The notes beneath the pieces were generated by a model. That model was not told where the DNA came from and did no database searches. It was given only the letters and a program-made list of their open reading frames with translations. The position numbers and the translations under genes are program-made. This document shows positions 46,374-55,071 of a DNA stretch of 57,923 nucleotides, piece by piece. The stretch covers positions 1 to 57,923 of the forward strand of contig JAKALR010000002.1 in the NCBI GenBank assembly GCA_021824045.1, written 5' to 3'. Each line of letters starts with the position of its first letter. Position 1 is the first letter of the stretch. Origin of the DNA: a bacterium (lineage in GTDB: Bacteria; Patescibacteriota; Minisyncoccia; UBA6257; GWB1-50-10).

Positions 46374-46715
46374 TTAGTGACTGTTTGCCACAATTAACAG
46401 TACAACGAAAATCACTATCGGAAATAGGAAAAGGGAAAAACCTATACCGCGGATCATGGCCGATGTCGGTTTTTGATCGGTTACCTCATACGGAATGTTT
46501 CCGCTACCGGTTCTCTCCCAGTGTGTTACAGCGTACTTCGTCGAGGTCATACTCATAATGAACCCCGTGAACCACGCCACTAATAATGCCGTAAGTGCAA
46601 TCCCGGAAAGGTCCTGACTTTGATATATCACCCCCGAATACACGCCTGCCGCAAGAAGCAGTACGACTAGAGCCCCCACTAGCCATCCTTTCCAAAAGCC
46701 AGAGAGTTTCATCAT
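46374..46715 (-). CDS. Hypothetical small membrane protein
   Basis: 113 aa with four hydrophobic helices and AT-rich flanks. Confidence 0.5.
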   Translation of the reverse strand: MMKLSGFWKGWLVGALVVLLLAAGVYSGVIYQSQDLSGIALTALLVAWFTGFIMSMTSTKYAVTHWERTGSGNIPYEVTDQKPTSAMIRGIGFSLFLFPIVIFVVLLIVANSH

Positions 46716-46862
46716 AACCTCCTTAAATTATTAATTAATATAGAAGAAAATTTTAATTTTATATTTCCCCTAATTTTCTAGGTAAATTTTAACACAAAAG
46801 AACATTAAAGTCAATATGTAAATATCCTCATCAATGCCGCATAATACGGTGGATATACAACT

Positions 46863-47534
46863 ATGCAGGCAGTCATTTTAGCCGCCGGTTTGGGAACCCG
46901 GATGCGAGAGCTTACATCCTCGACGCCGAAGCCGCTCCTCAAAATCGGCGATAAGACGCTCTTGGAATACAAGCTCCAGAATCTTCCCGACGAGATCGAC
47001 GAGGTAGTCATGGTCATCGGATACCTCGGCGACCAGATCAAGTCGACCTTCGACGGAGTGTACGCCGGCAAAAAAATAACCTATATTGAGCAAAAGGAAC
47101 TCAAGGGTACGGGCCATGCTCTTTCGCTTTGCCAATCCTTATTGAAGGGCAGGTTTCTCGTTTTGATGGGGGATGATTTATATGCCAAAGAAGATCTGGA
47201 AAAACTGGTAAGCTATCCCTTGTCCGTTTTGGCGTGCGAACTCGACCGAGATATCCCCGGCGAAAAGAGAGCCGAGATAAAAGTCGATTCTTACGGAAGG
47301 GTCATTGAGATAAATGAAAGCGCGCTGGCGCTTAAGGGAATACTTGAAAACGCGGCGGCCTACGTCTTGGACAAAAGCTATTTCGATTATCCGCTTAAAC
47401 CGGCCGATTCAAACTCGAAGGAGTTCGGTTTGCCGCAGACCATGACTCAAATGGTTAAGGACGGCAAAGACATCAAGATAGTTAAAGCGACGTGGTGGAA
47501 GAAGGTGAGCGCGCCGGAAGACCTCACCTTCTAG
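46863..47534 (+). CDS. Sugar-phosphate nucleotidyltransferase
   Basis: MQAVILAAGLGTRMRELTSSTPKPLLKI (GxGTR...PK signature). Confidence 0.8.
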   Translation: MQAVILAAGLGTRMRELTSSTPKPLLKIGDKTLLEYKLQNLPDEIDEVVMVIGYLGDQIKSTFDGVYAGKKITYIEQKELKGTGHALSLCQSLLKGRFLVLMGDDLYAKEDLEKLVSYPLSVLACELDRDIPGEKRAEIKVDSYGRVIEINESALALKGILENAAAYVLDKSYFDYPLKPADSNSKEFGLPQTMTQMVKDGKDIKIVKATWWKKVSAPEDLTF

Positions 47535-47757
47535 ATTACCGAGCGCCTCCGCGTTGTTCAAATTTCTCGCAGACCCGCGTCGGTCCGCCCCAGCCGGCGG
47601 CCCGCGCTTATCCTCGACCTCGCTCCCCTTCGACTTCGCTCAGGGACCATGCCCGCTCGGTCTCCGAATGGTCCGCTCGAAACTTGAGTAACGCGACGGC
47701 AATAGGGGCATGGGAATCCTTTTAAAAGAGGTCTTTTTTGGTTACTATAGTTAAATC

Positions 47758-50589
47758 ATGGCGAAGTACGATTTCAAGAAGATAGAGAAAAAGTGGCAGA
47801 AAGAATGGGAACGGCAGAGTATCGGGAAAGCTGTCGATTTCTCCAAGAAGAAAAAGTGGTATTCGCTCATCGAGTTCCCGTACCCGTCCGGCCAGGGGCT
47901 CCACATCGGCCATATCCGGAGCCTTACGGCCATGGATATCATATCTCGGAAGCGGCGGATGGAAGGATATAACGTGCTCTATCCGATCGGATGGGACGCG
48001 TTCGGACTCCCGACGGAGAACTATGCCATCAAGACCGGCGTCGATCCGCGTGTTGCGACGAAGAAAAATACCGACACCTTCCGGAAGCAGCTGAAGGGGT
48101 TGGGATTTTCATTCGATTGGAGCCGCGAAGTGAATACGACTGATCCGAAGTATTACCGGTGGACACAGTGGCTCTTCCTTCAATTTTTCAAAAAAGGTTT
48201 GGCGTACAAAGCGGAGATCGACATCAATTGGTGCCCGAATGACAAAATCGGCCTCGCGAACGAGGAGGTGATCGGAGGCAAATGCGAACGGTGCGGCGCG
48301 GAAGTCGAAAAGCGGAAGAAGGCGCAGTGGATGCTCAAGATCACGGCATACGCCGATAAGCTCCTGAAGGGCTTGGAGAAGGTGGACTACTTGGACGAAA
48401 TCAAGGCGCAACAAATAAACTGGATCGGCAAATCGGAAGGAGCTCTCATTGACTTCGAGTTACCGGATGCAAGTTACAAGATACAAGTTTTCACAACAAG
48501 ACCCGATACGCTCTTCGGGGCGACGTACCTTGTTTTGGCGCCCGAGCATGAGCTCGTCGCGAAACTCAAAAATCACATTTCAAACTTCAAAGAAGTCGAG
48601 GCGTACGTGAAAACCGCGAGAAAAGAAACGGAAGAGGAGCGAACGGCTGAAAACAAAGAAAAGACCGGCGTGGAACTCAAGGGCGTGAAAGCGGTGAATC
48701 CGGCGACCGGCGGGGAGTTGCCGGTTTGGATCGCCGACTATGTTCTCGCCGAATACGGCACGGGCGCCATCATGGCGGTTCCCGCGCACGACGAGCGCGA
48801 TTATGATTTTGCGAAGAAATTCAATTTGCCGGTCACGTATGTCATTGCTCCATATTTTCTCGACGAGAAAGATCCGCCGCGGAAGGGAATGCCCATGGTA
48901 TTCCGGAAAGCGGTGAACTGCTACATAAAAAACCCGAAGACCGGAAAATATCTTTTTCTCGAGTGGAAAGCAACGTCGTGGAAAGGGCCGGTTTCGGGTG
49001 GCATCGAAGAGGGCGAGGATGCCGTTGGAGCAAGCTTGCGCGAAATCCGCGAGGAAACCGGCTACACGCACCTGAGATTTAAGCGATATCTCGGGAGTCC
49101 CATCCGTGCCGATTTCTATCATCCTGCCAAGAAGGAAAACCGCGCTGCGGAATTCATCGGCCTCTTGTTTGAGCTTGAGGATGAAACACGCGAAGCGGTC
49201 GAGGATGGCGAAAGAGATCGCCATGTGCCGGTATGGATTCCCGAAGAAGAAGCCTTGAAATTTCTGAATACCGGCATGACCTTCTTTGAAAGAATTTTCG
49301 AGCACAATCTCTGTTATACCGACGGCGGAAGATTGGTGAATTCAGGAAAATTCTCCGACATGGATTCCGAGAAGGCCAAAGGAGAAATCACGAAGTTCGT
49401 CGGGGGGAAGAAAACGGTGAACTATCACCTGCGCGACTGGGTCTTTTCGCGCCAAAGGTACTGGGGCGAGCCGATTCCAATCATTCACTGCGAAAAATGC
49501 GGGTATGTCCCCGTGCCGGAAAACAATCTGCCAGTTGTTCTTCCGTCCGTCAAAAACTACCAACCCCGCGACGACGGTGAATCGCCCTTGGCGTCTGTCT
49601 CCTCGTGGGTGAATGTGAAATGTCCGAAGTGTAAGAATCCCGCAAAGCGCGAGACGGACACGATGCCAAACTGGGCCGGATCGAGCTGGTATTTCTTGCG
49701 GTATGCGGATCCGAAGAATTCCAAAGAATTTGCTTCCATGAAAAAACTGAACTACTGGATGCCGATCGACTGGTACAACGGCGGCATGGAGCATGTAACA
49801 CTCCATCTGCTCTACTCGCGTTTTTGGAATATCTTTCTCCACGACCAGGGGCTCGTCCCAACAAGCGAGCCGTACCGGAAGCGGACGGCGCAGGGGATGA
49901 TTCTCGGGGAAGGAGGGGTCAAAATGTCCAAATCGAAAGGCAACGTCGTGAATCCCGATACCATCGTTCATGCCTATGGCGCGGACGTTGCGCGGATCTA
50001 TGAAATGTTCATGGGGCCTTTCGATCGGGCAATCGCCTGGGATGCAAAAGGGATCGAAGGAGTGAAGCGGTTCCTGTGGCGCGTGTGGGATATCGCCCGC
50101 GGCGAGAAGATTTCGAGAACGAAGAATGAAAAACTCGAGAAGCTTCTCGCCGCCACGGTGAAGAAGGTCGGGGAGGATATCGAGAAGATGGCTTTCCACA
50201 CGGCCGTGAGTGCCATGATGATTTTTATCAACGCCGCTGGCGACGAAGAAATCATACCCGTCCGCGTGTGGAGTGATTTCTTGAAAATTCTCGCCCCCTT
50301 CGCGCCGCACCTGGCAGATGAATTGTGGTACGAGCTGAAGAATAAGAAATCGGTGCATCTCGAATCGTGGCCCGCGTATGATCCAAAATTATTGAAGGAA
50401 GATACCGTTGAGATCGTTGTCCAGGTGAACGGTAAGCGGCGGGGAAGTGTCTTCGCGGCGGCGGATGCCGGCGAGGATGAAGTGAAAAAAGCGGCTTTGG
50501 GACTTCCGAACGTCGCAGCTGCGCTCGGTGGAGCCGCAGTGAAAAAGGTGGTATACGTTAAAGGGAGGATTATCAACCTCGTTATGTAA
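47758..50589 (+). CDS. leuS: Leucine--tRNA ligase with an inserted Nudix-like domain
   Basis: PYPSGQGLHIGH, an editing domain (TTRPDTLFGATY), and VKMSKSKGN. 943 aa. An extra segment at about 48850-49320 carries GGIEEGEDAVGASLREIREETGY. Confidence 0.93.
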   Translation: MAKYDFKKIEKKWQKEWERQSIGKAVDFSKKKKWYSLIEFPYPSGQGLHIGHIRSLTAMDIISRKRRMEGYNVLYPIGWDAFGLPTENYAIKTGVDPRVATKKNTDTFRKQLKGLGFSFDWSREVNTTDPKYYRWTQWLFLQFFKKGLAYKAEIDINWCPNDKIGLANEEVIGGKCERCGAEVEKRKKAQWMLKITAYADKLLKGLEKVDYLDEIKAQQINWIGKSEGALIDFELPDASYKIQVFTTRPDTLFGATYLVLAPEHELVAKLKNHISNFKEVEAYVKTARKETEEERTAENKEKTGVELKGVKAVNPATGGELPVWIADYVLAEYGTGAIMAVPAHDERDYDFAKKFNLPVTYVIAPYFLDEKDPPRKGMPMVFRKAVNCYIKNPKTGKYLFLEWKATSWKGPVSGGIEEGEDAVGASLREIREETGYTHLRFKRYLGSPIRADFYHPAKKENRAAEFIGLLFELEDETREAVEDGERDRHVPVWIPEEEALKFLNTGMTFFERIFEHNLCYTDGGRLVNSGKFSDMDSEKAKGEITKFVGGKKTVNYHLRDWVFSRQRYWGEPIPIIHCEKCGYVPVPENNLPVVLPSVKNYQPRDDGESPLASVSSWVNVKCPKCKNPAKRETDTMPNWAGSSWYFLRYADPKNSKEFASMKKLNYWMPIDWYNGGMEHVTLHLLYSRFWNIFLHDQGLVPTSEPYRKRTAQGMILGEGGVKMSKSKGNVVNPDTIVHAYGADVARIYEMFMGPFDRAIAWDAKGIEGVKRFLWRVWDIARGEKISRTKNEKLEKLLAATVKKVGEDIEKMAFHTAVSAMMIFINAAGDEEIIPVRVWSDFLKILAPFAPHLADELWYELKNKKSVHLESWPAYDPKLLKEDTVEIVVQVNGKRRGSVFAAADAGEDEVKKAALGLPNVAAALGGAAVKKVVYVKGRIINLVM

Positions 50590-50594
50590 AGCAC

Positions 50595-51524
50595 ATGGGA
50601 AGATATTTATTTTTAGCCATCGTCCTCATTGTGATCGCCGTCGCCCTGGTGGATGTCGCGGCCCAGTTGAAAGGTTCCTTCAAGTTGGAGAACCTGAGTT
50701 CAATTTTCAAATTCCAGGCACCGTCGGTACAGAACAACGGGACACCCTCGGTGTCGATTGGGAAAAACACGACAACGAGCGGCGCCAGTTATATCAGTAG
50801 GAATTCCGCGCCGACGTCAAAACCCGTGGCGCCGGTTGCGCCGGCGCCCCAGCCGCCCGCCGGATTCACCGTCGCGGATCTTTCCCCGTTTTACGGAAAA
50901 ATCAGGATAGGGACAGTGTACGTTTCATCATATGGGACAAACCAAGTTTCTTTGACCGCTTCATACGGCGGATCGCCGATTGACGTGACCGGTTGGAAAA
51001 TAAAATCAAACAGAGGAGAAATTTTGATTCCGCAGGCTGTCGCCGATTTCAATCCCTATGGATTCGGATTGGATGGGGATATTGTGCTCGGCTCCGGAGG
51101 CCGCTTGGATATTTACAGCAGCGTAAGCCCCATCAGTAAAAATTTAGAGATCAACGAATGCATGGGATATTTGAATAATACGTATCAGTTTACCCCCCGT
51201 CTTCAATGCAGCTCGGTCAACATGTATGATCGTTCCGAAATATCGGCGTTCTCTGGCGCCTGTCAAAACTACATCATGTCCCTTGGGAACTGCAGTGTGC
51301 CCACGCCCGATAAATTGAATTCTTTCTCAAACGAACCGGCGTGCCAATCATTCCTGCAGAGATTCAATTACGCCGGATGCTATAACTTAAACAGAAGTTC
51401 GTCAGACTTTTTTACCGGTAGGTGGATCGTGTGGATGCCGGGAATTTGGTCTTTTGACCAAAGCCACGATAGGGTGCTTCTCCTTGATCAGAACGGGCTC
51501 CTCGTCGATGAACGCGTGTATTAA
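50595..51524 (+). CDS. Hypothetical membrane-anchored secreted protein with Cys-containing C-terminal half
   Basis: N-terminal TM (YLFLAIVLIVIAVALVDVAA). I recognised no motif with confidence. Confidence 0.5.
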   Translation: MGRYLFLAIVLIVIAVALVDVAAQLKGSFKLENLSSIFKFQAPSVQNNGTPSVSIGKNTTTSGASYISRNSAPTSKPVAPVAPAPQPPAGFTVADLSPFYGKIRIGTVYVSSYGTNQVSLTASYGGSPIDVTGWKIKSNRGEILIPQAVADFNPYGFGLDGDIVLGSGGRLDIYSSVSPISKNLEINECMGYLNNTYQFTPRLQCSSVNMYDRSEISAFSGACQNYIMSLGNCSVPTPDKLNSFSNEPACQSFLQRFNYAGCYNLNRSSSDFFTGRWIVWMPGIWSFDQSHDRVLLLDQNGLLVDERVY

Positions 51525-51529
51525 TCGCT

Positions 51530-52564
51530 TTATTTCCTTTCCGTGAGAGTGACGTTCGTTTCGAATTCCTTGCCGTTTCTCACGATTTTCAGCTTCACCT
51601 CGTCGCCGACGTTCGAATTTTCCAAAAGTTCCTGGACGGAATCATTCCGTATCGGCTTGCCGTTCCATGTCACGATGATGTCCCTTTCCCGAATGCCCGC
51701 CAGGGAGGCCGGGCTTCCCGATATCACTGCCTCATCCATCGGATGTTCTTTGGTGACATACACGCCGTGATCCAGCGCAAGGTGCATGGTGCGGCTCACG
51801 TCGTCGTCCAAGACCACGTAGCGGATGCCGAGAAGCGGTCGGCGTATCCGCCCGAACTTTTTAAGATCCTGGACATCGCGTTTCGCGGTGTTGATCGGTA
51901 TGGCGAAGTTGATGTTCTGGGCTCCGGCGACAACGGCGGCATTGATGCCGATGACGCGCCCCGCCGCGTCAACGAGCGGGCCTCCCGAATTCCCGGGATT
52001 GATGGCGGCATCGGTTTGGATGAGCCCTCGCATTTCTTGGGCGGGTTTTTGAGGGTCGGGTTTCGCCTTGACCGATCGCGAGAGCCCGGAAATGATTCCC
52101 ATGGAAACCGTGTTTTTGAAAATACCCAAAGCGTTCCCGATCGCGAGAACGGTTTGCCCGAGATCGAGATTAGAAGAATCGCCGAGTTTTAAAAAGGGAA
52201 ATCGTTCTCCGCCGGTATTCTCGATTTTCAATATGGCGACGTCGTTGATCGGATCGCGCGCGACAAGTTCCGCATCGAAAGTTTTTTCGCCGTCGGTCGT
52301 CACTTTGTAGGTGACGTTCGATTCGGCGATGACGTGCTTGTTGGTGAGGACGATGCCGGAAGCATCGACGAAGAATCCCGAACCGCCGCCGATTTCGACG
52401 GTGCCGTCCGAAGTTATTTTATCTTCCGGTATGGTAATGTTCTTTTTCCCGAATTTGCCGCCTCCCAGTTCTTTTTTCAAATCATCGACGTTCTTGGAAA
52501 GGATGATTGAAACGACCGCCGGCATCGTCTTCTTTATTATTTTGATTGTTTTCAGATCGTTCAT
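51530..52564 (-). CDS. HtrA/DegP-family serine protease with PDZ domain
   Basis: TNKHV, D..ILKI, and GNSGGPLVD catalytic triad regions, with a C-terminal PDZ domain. Confidence 0.9.
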   Translation of the reverse strand: MNDLKTIKIIKKTMPAVVSIILSKNVDDLKKELGGGKFGKKNITIPEDKITSDGTVEIGGGSGFFVDASGIVLTNKHVIAESNVTYKVTTDGEKTFDAELVARDPINDVAILKIENTGGERFPFLKLGDSSNLDLGQTVLAIGNALGIFKNTVSMGIISGLSRSVKAKPDPQKPAQEMRGLIQTDAAINPGNSGGPLVDAAGRVIGINAAVVAGAQNINFAIPINTAKRDVQDLKKFGRIRRPLLGIRYVVLDDDVSRTMHLALDHGVYVTKEHPMDEAVISGSPASLAGIRERDIIVTWNGKPIRNDSVQELLENSNVGDEVKLKIVRNGKEFETNVTLTERK

Positions 52565-52596
52565 GGTTCTTAATTCTATTTTATCAGAAATCGCGG

Positions 52597-52632
52597 ATAA
52601 AAAATAACCACCCCGCTTTGGGCGGGGTGGTT
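52597..52632 (-). terminator. Rho-independent terminator (minus strand)
   Basis: Stem AACCACCCCGC/GCGGGGTGGTT, followed on the minus strand by ATTTTTTA. Confidence 0.7.
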
Positions 52633-52643
52633 AAAGAAGCAGT

Positions 52644-52724
52644 CTATCTCCTTTTGCTGCTTTTCTTGGCCTTTTTCGAAGACTTCTTTTTCGTCGTCTT
52701 CTTGGCCTTTTTCTTTGCTGCCAT
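52644..52724 (-). CDS. Candidate 26-aa lysine-rich micro-protein
   Basis: Hand translation gives MAAKKKAKKTTKKKSSKKAKKSSKRR*. A terminator follows directly. No obvious SD. The ORF is below the ORF-track size cutoff. Confidence 0.35.
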   Translation of the reverse strand: MAAKKKAKKTTKKKSSKKAKKSSKRR

Positions 52725-52878
52725 TGTTTTTTTGTTTTTCGTTTACAAAACGCAATGTTGGACTGTCGACTCCTCAATCGCCTTGCGTTTCTTTATCTCT
52801 ATTCATTATAGAGTTTTTTGTTGGAAAAATCTGTGGATAACTCCGAAAGACGAATTTTTAGTTTAAAATTTTTAATTT

Positions 52879-53289
52879 TTATGACTCGCCGAAGAGACGA
52901 TAATGGTGGACGAGTTCGAGATACGCGAAGGCGCACAGGAAAAACGCGAGAAGGCCGACACCGATCGCGGCCTTCGATCCGATCTTCGGCGCGAGGATCG
53001 CGACCAAAACCATGTAGGGGACCCAGGAGACGATGGTGCCGATAAGCACGAACCAGGCGTGCTGTCCGACGGCCGCGCCGCCTCTCGACTCGCCGATGAA
53101 GAAGTAGGCGACAAGCGTGAAGACGGGGATCAGCGTCGCGAATCCGGAAAGGAGACGCTCGCCGTTCTCTTCAAGCGCGACGATGAGCGTGGTGAAGATG
53201 CCGCCCGTCAGGAAATAAATCCCGTAACTTTTTATGAAATGCCACATATGGTTATTGTATTGCACGATGCTATAATGAAGCAACTTCAT
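52879..53289 (-). CDS. Hypothetical small membrane protein
   Basis: 136 aa with four hydrophobic helices. The true start may be the internal MWHF at 53247. Confidence 0.5.
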   Translation of the reverse strand: MKLLHYSIVQYNNHMWHFIKSYGIYFLTGGIFTTLIVALEENGERLLSGFATLIPVFTLVAYFFIGESRGGAAVGQHAWFVLIGTIVSWVPYMVLVAILAPKIGSKAAIGVGLLAFFLCAFAYLELVHHYRLFGES

Positions 53290-54706
53290 GGGAATATTTC
53301 GCCACCCCGTGCCCCTATGGGCAGTCGTTGTAACCCTCGTAATCGTTGCGGGGATTTTATTTGGAGCGTTCGCGTTCTACCGCGAGATCGTCTACAACTA
53401 CGAAATCAGCCTTCCTGCGGGAACGCCCGGCGGCATCGTGTTCCACTATGGTTCTTGGCCGGCTCTTTCGAACGCGAATTTTTACGAACAGGTCCTGGGA
53501 ACGCTCGTCGACGAGAAAGCGACATTCATCTACGTCAACCTCTCAACGATGCAGTTGCAATTCTATGAGAACGGCGTTGTCGCGGAAAACGTGCCGGTGC
53601 TCTCGAAGGGGAAGCCGGGATCGTGGTGGGAGACGCCGACGGGTTTGTACAAAGTTGAGGCGAAAATTCCAAGCGACTACTCGAGCATCGCGCATGTGTA
53701 TAGCCCCTGGGCCTTGGATTTTCAGGGGAACTTTCTGATCCACGGCTGGCCGTACTATCCGGACGGCACGCCGGTCGGCTCGACGTATTCCGGCGGATGT
53801 ATCCGCCTCTCGACTGACAATGCGAAAACGCTCTACGATGCCGTCCCCGTCGGGACGCCGGTCTTGGTCGTGAGCGACGATTTCAAAAGCGATAACTTCC
53901 AGGAATCGGTGCAGGGGCCGCCAATCGGCGCCCGGAGCTATCTTGCGGCCGATCTCGAGAGCAACTTTGTGATGTCGGAGAAGAATCCCGACGAAGTGCT
54001 CCCCGTCGCGTCCTTAACGAAGCTCATGACCGCGCTCGTTGCGGTGGAATACGTAAACATCGAGCACACGATCACGGTCGCGCCCCCCATGATCGTTCCG
54101 ACATCCATCCCGCGACTTGAAGTCGGCGAAATACTTTCCCTGTATGATCTTTTGCAGCCGCTCCTCAAAGAATCGTCGAATGAGGCAGCTGTCGCGATTT
54201 CCTATTTCCTCGGGCCGAAGTACTTTGTGAATTTAATGAATCAGACCGCCCAGTCGATCGGCATGACGCAAACGCATTTCGTGGACGTCTCGGGGAGCGA
54301 CTGGGGCGACGTCTCGACGGCGCATGACCTCTACCTCTTCGCGCGGTATCTCTACAACAACCGGAGTTTCATTTTGAAGATGACGACGGACAATAACGAT
54401 TCCAACGCGTACGGGCCGAGTGCCTTCCCGAACCTCCAAAACTTCAATATCTTCGCCGACAACCCCGATTTTGTGGGCGGGAAGGTCGGCCAGAACGGCG
54501 CCGCGAGCGGAACTATCATCTCGATATTCAACGGGGCATTCCCGATCCTCAATGCGACAACATCGGCAACTTCTGCCGTAACGTCCACGGCTACATCGAC
54601 TGCTCCAACAGAAGACCGGCCGTATGTCATCATCGTTCTCGGATCGGGCGACTATGCGAAAGACGCCGAGAATCTCCTTTCGTGGATTAAGACGACGTAT
54701 CAATAA
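53288..54706 (+). CDS. Fusion protein: L,D-transpeptidase (YkuD) domain plus D-alanyl-D-alanine carboxypeptidase (S11) domain
   Basis: N-terminal TM. YkuD motif is FLIHGWP...YSGGCIRL. S11 motifs are SLTKLMT (SxxK), SSNEA (SxN), and GKVG (KTG-like). Confidence 0.8.
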   Translation: MGIFRHPVPLWAVVVTLVIVAGILFGAFAFYREIVYNYEISLPAGTPGGIVFHYGSWPALSNANFYEQVLGTLVDEKATFIYVNLSTMQLQFYENGVVAENVPVLSKGKPGSWWETPTGLYKVEAKIPSDYSSIAHVYSPWALDFQGNFLIHGWPYYPDGTPVGSTYSGGCIRLSTDNAKTLYDAVPVGTPVLVVSDDFKSDNFQESVQGPPIGARSYLAADLESNFVMSEKNPDEVLPVASLTKLMTALVAVEYVNIEHTITVAPPMIVPTSIPRLEVGEILSLYDLLQPLLKESSNEAAVAISYFLGPKYFVNLMNQTAQSIGMTQTHFVDVSGSDWGDVSTAHDLYLFARYLYNNRSFILKMTTDNNDSNAYGPSAFPNLQNFNIFADNPDFVGGKVGQNGAASGTIISIFNGAFPILNATTSATSAVTSTATSTAPTEDRPYVIIVLGSGDYAKDAENLLSWIKTTYQ

Positions 54707-54717
54707 GAAAATTCTGT

Positions 54718-54747
54718 ATTTGCGGAGGGTACAGGATTGGAATCTGT
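54718..54747 (-). pseudogene. Duplicated 3' fragment of tRNA-Ser(CGA) (T-arm, acceptor 3' strand and 5 nt of trailer)
   Basis: 28 of 30 nt identical to 54896-54925. No matching 5' tRNA half lies upstream on the minus strand. Confidence 0.6.
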
Positions 54748-54863
54748 CGCGAGTCGCTCTACAGCAACTCACTCCCTGACACCTTGCGGTTTCAGTACTT
54801 CCACAACGGGAAAACTCCCGTTTTCCCGACCCCTTTCCCAGGTTCAAATCCTGTCCCAAAACC

Positions 54864-54894
54864 AAAACGAGGCAGCATAAAGTTACCTCGTTTT
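54864..54894. terminator. Bidirectional terminator-like hairpin
   Basis: AAAA-CGAGG...CCTCG-TTTT, with A/T tracts on both sides. Confidence 0.55.
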
Positions 54895-54900
54895 GATTTG

Positions 54901-54987
54901 CGGAGGGTACAGGATTCGAACCTGTGAGGGGATCTCTCCCCAAGCGCATTTCGAGTGCGCCGCACTAGACCACTATGCGAACCCTCC
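54901..54987 (-). tRNA. tRNA-Ser (anticodon CGA), class II
   Basis: Acceptor GGAGGGT/ACCCTCC+G, anticodon stem GCGCA/TGCGC, loop CTCGAAA, long variable arm, T arm ACAGG-TTCGAAT-CCTGT. Confidence 0.85.
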
Positions 54988-54999
54988 GTTTAATGCCGG

Positions 55000-55071
55000 T
55001 GCCCTCGCGAAGAATCGAACTTCGATCCGCGCGTTAGGGGTGCGCTGTTCTGTCCGTTGAACTACGAGGGC
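55000..55071 (-). tRNA. tRNA-Arg (anticodon CCT) with apparent C33
   Basis: Acceptor GCCCTCG/CGAGGGC+A, D arm GTTC..GAAC, anticodon stem GCGC(A)/(C)GCGC, loop CCCCTAA, T arm CGAAG-TTCGATT-CTTCG. Confidence 0.65.

Noticed and set aside
47535-47757. A T-box riboswitch upstream of leuS.
   Set aside because: I could not find the conserved T-box sequence (AANNNGGGUGGNACCNCG-like) or a recognisable specifier-loop arrangement. The region is kept only as an unclassified structured leader.
54748-54863. tmRNA, SRP RNA or an intron-containing tRNA between the dac fusion gene and tRNA-Ser.
   Set aside because: There is no tmRNA-type acceptor/T-arm with a resume-codon region. The SRP GGAA/AGCA apical motifs are absent. 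No 5' tRNA half matches the duplicated 3' fragment.
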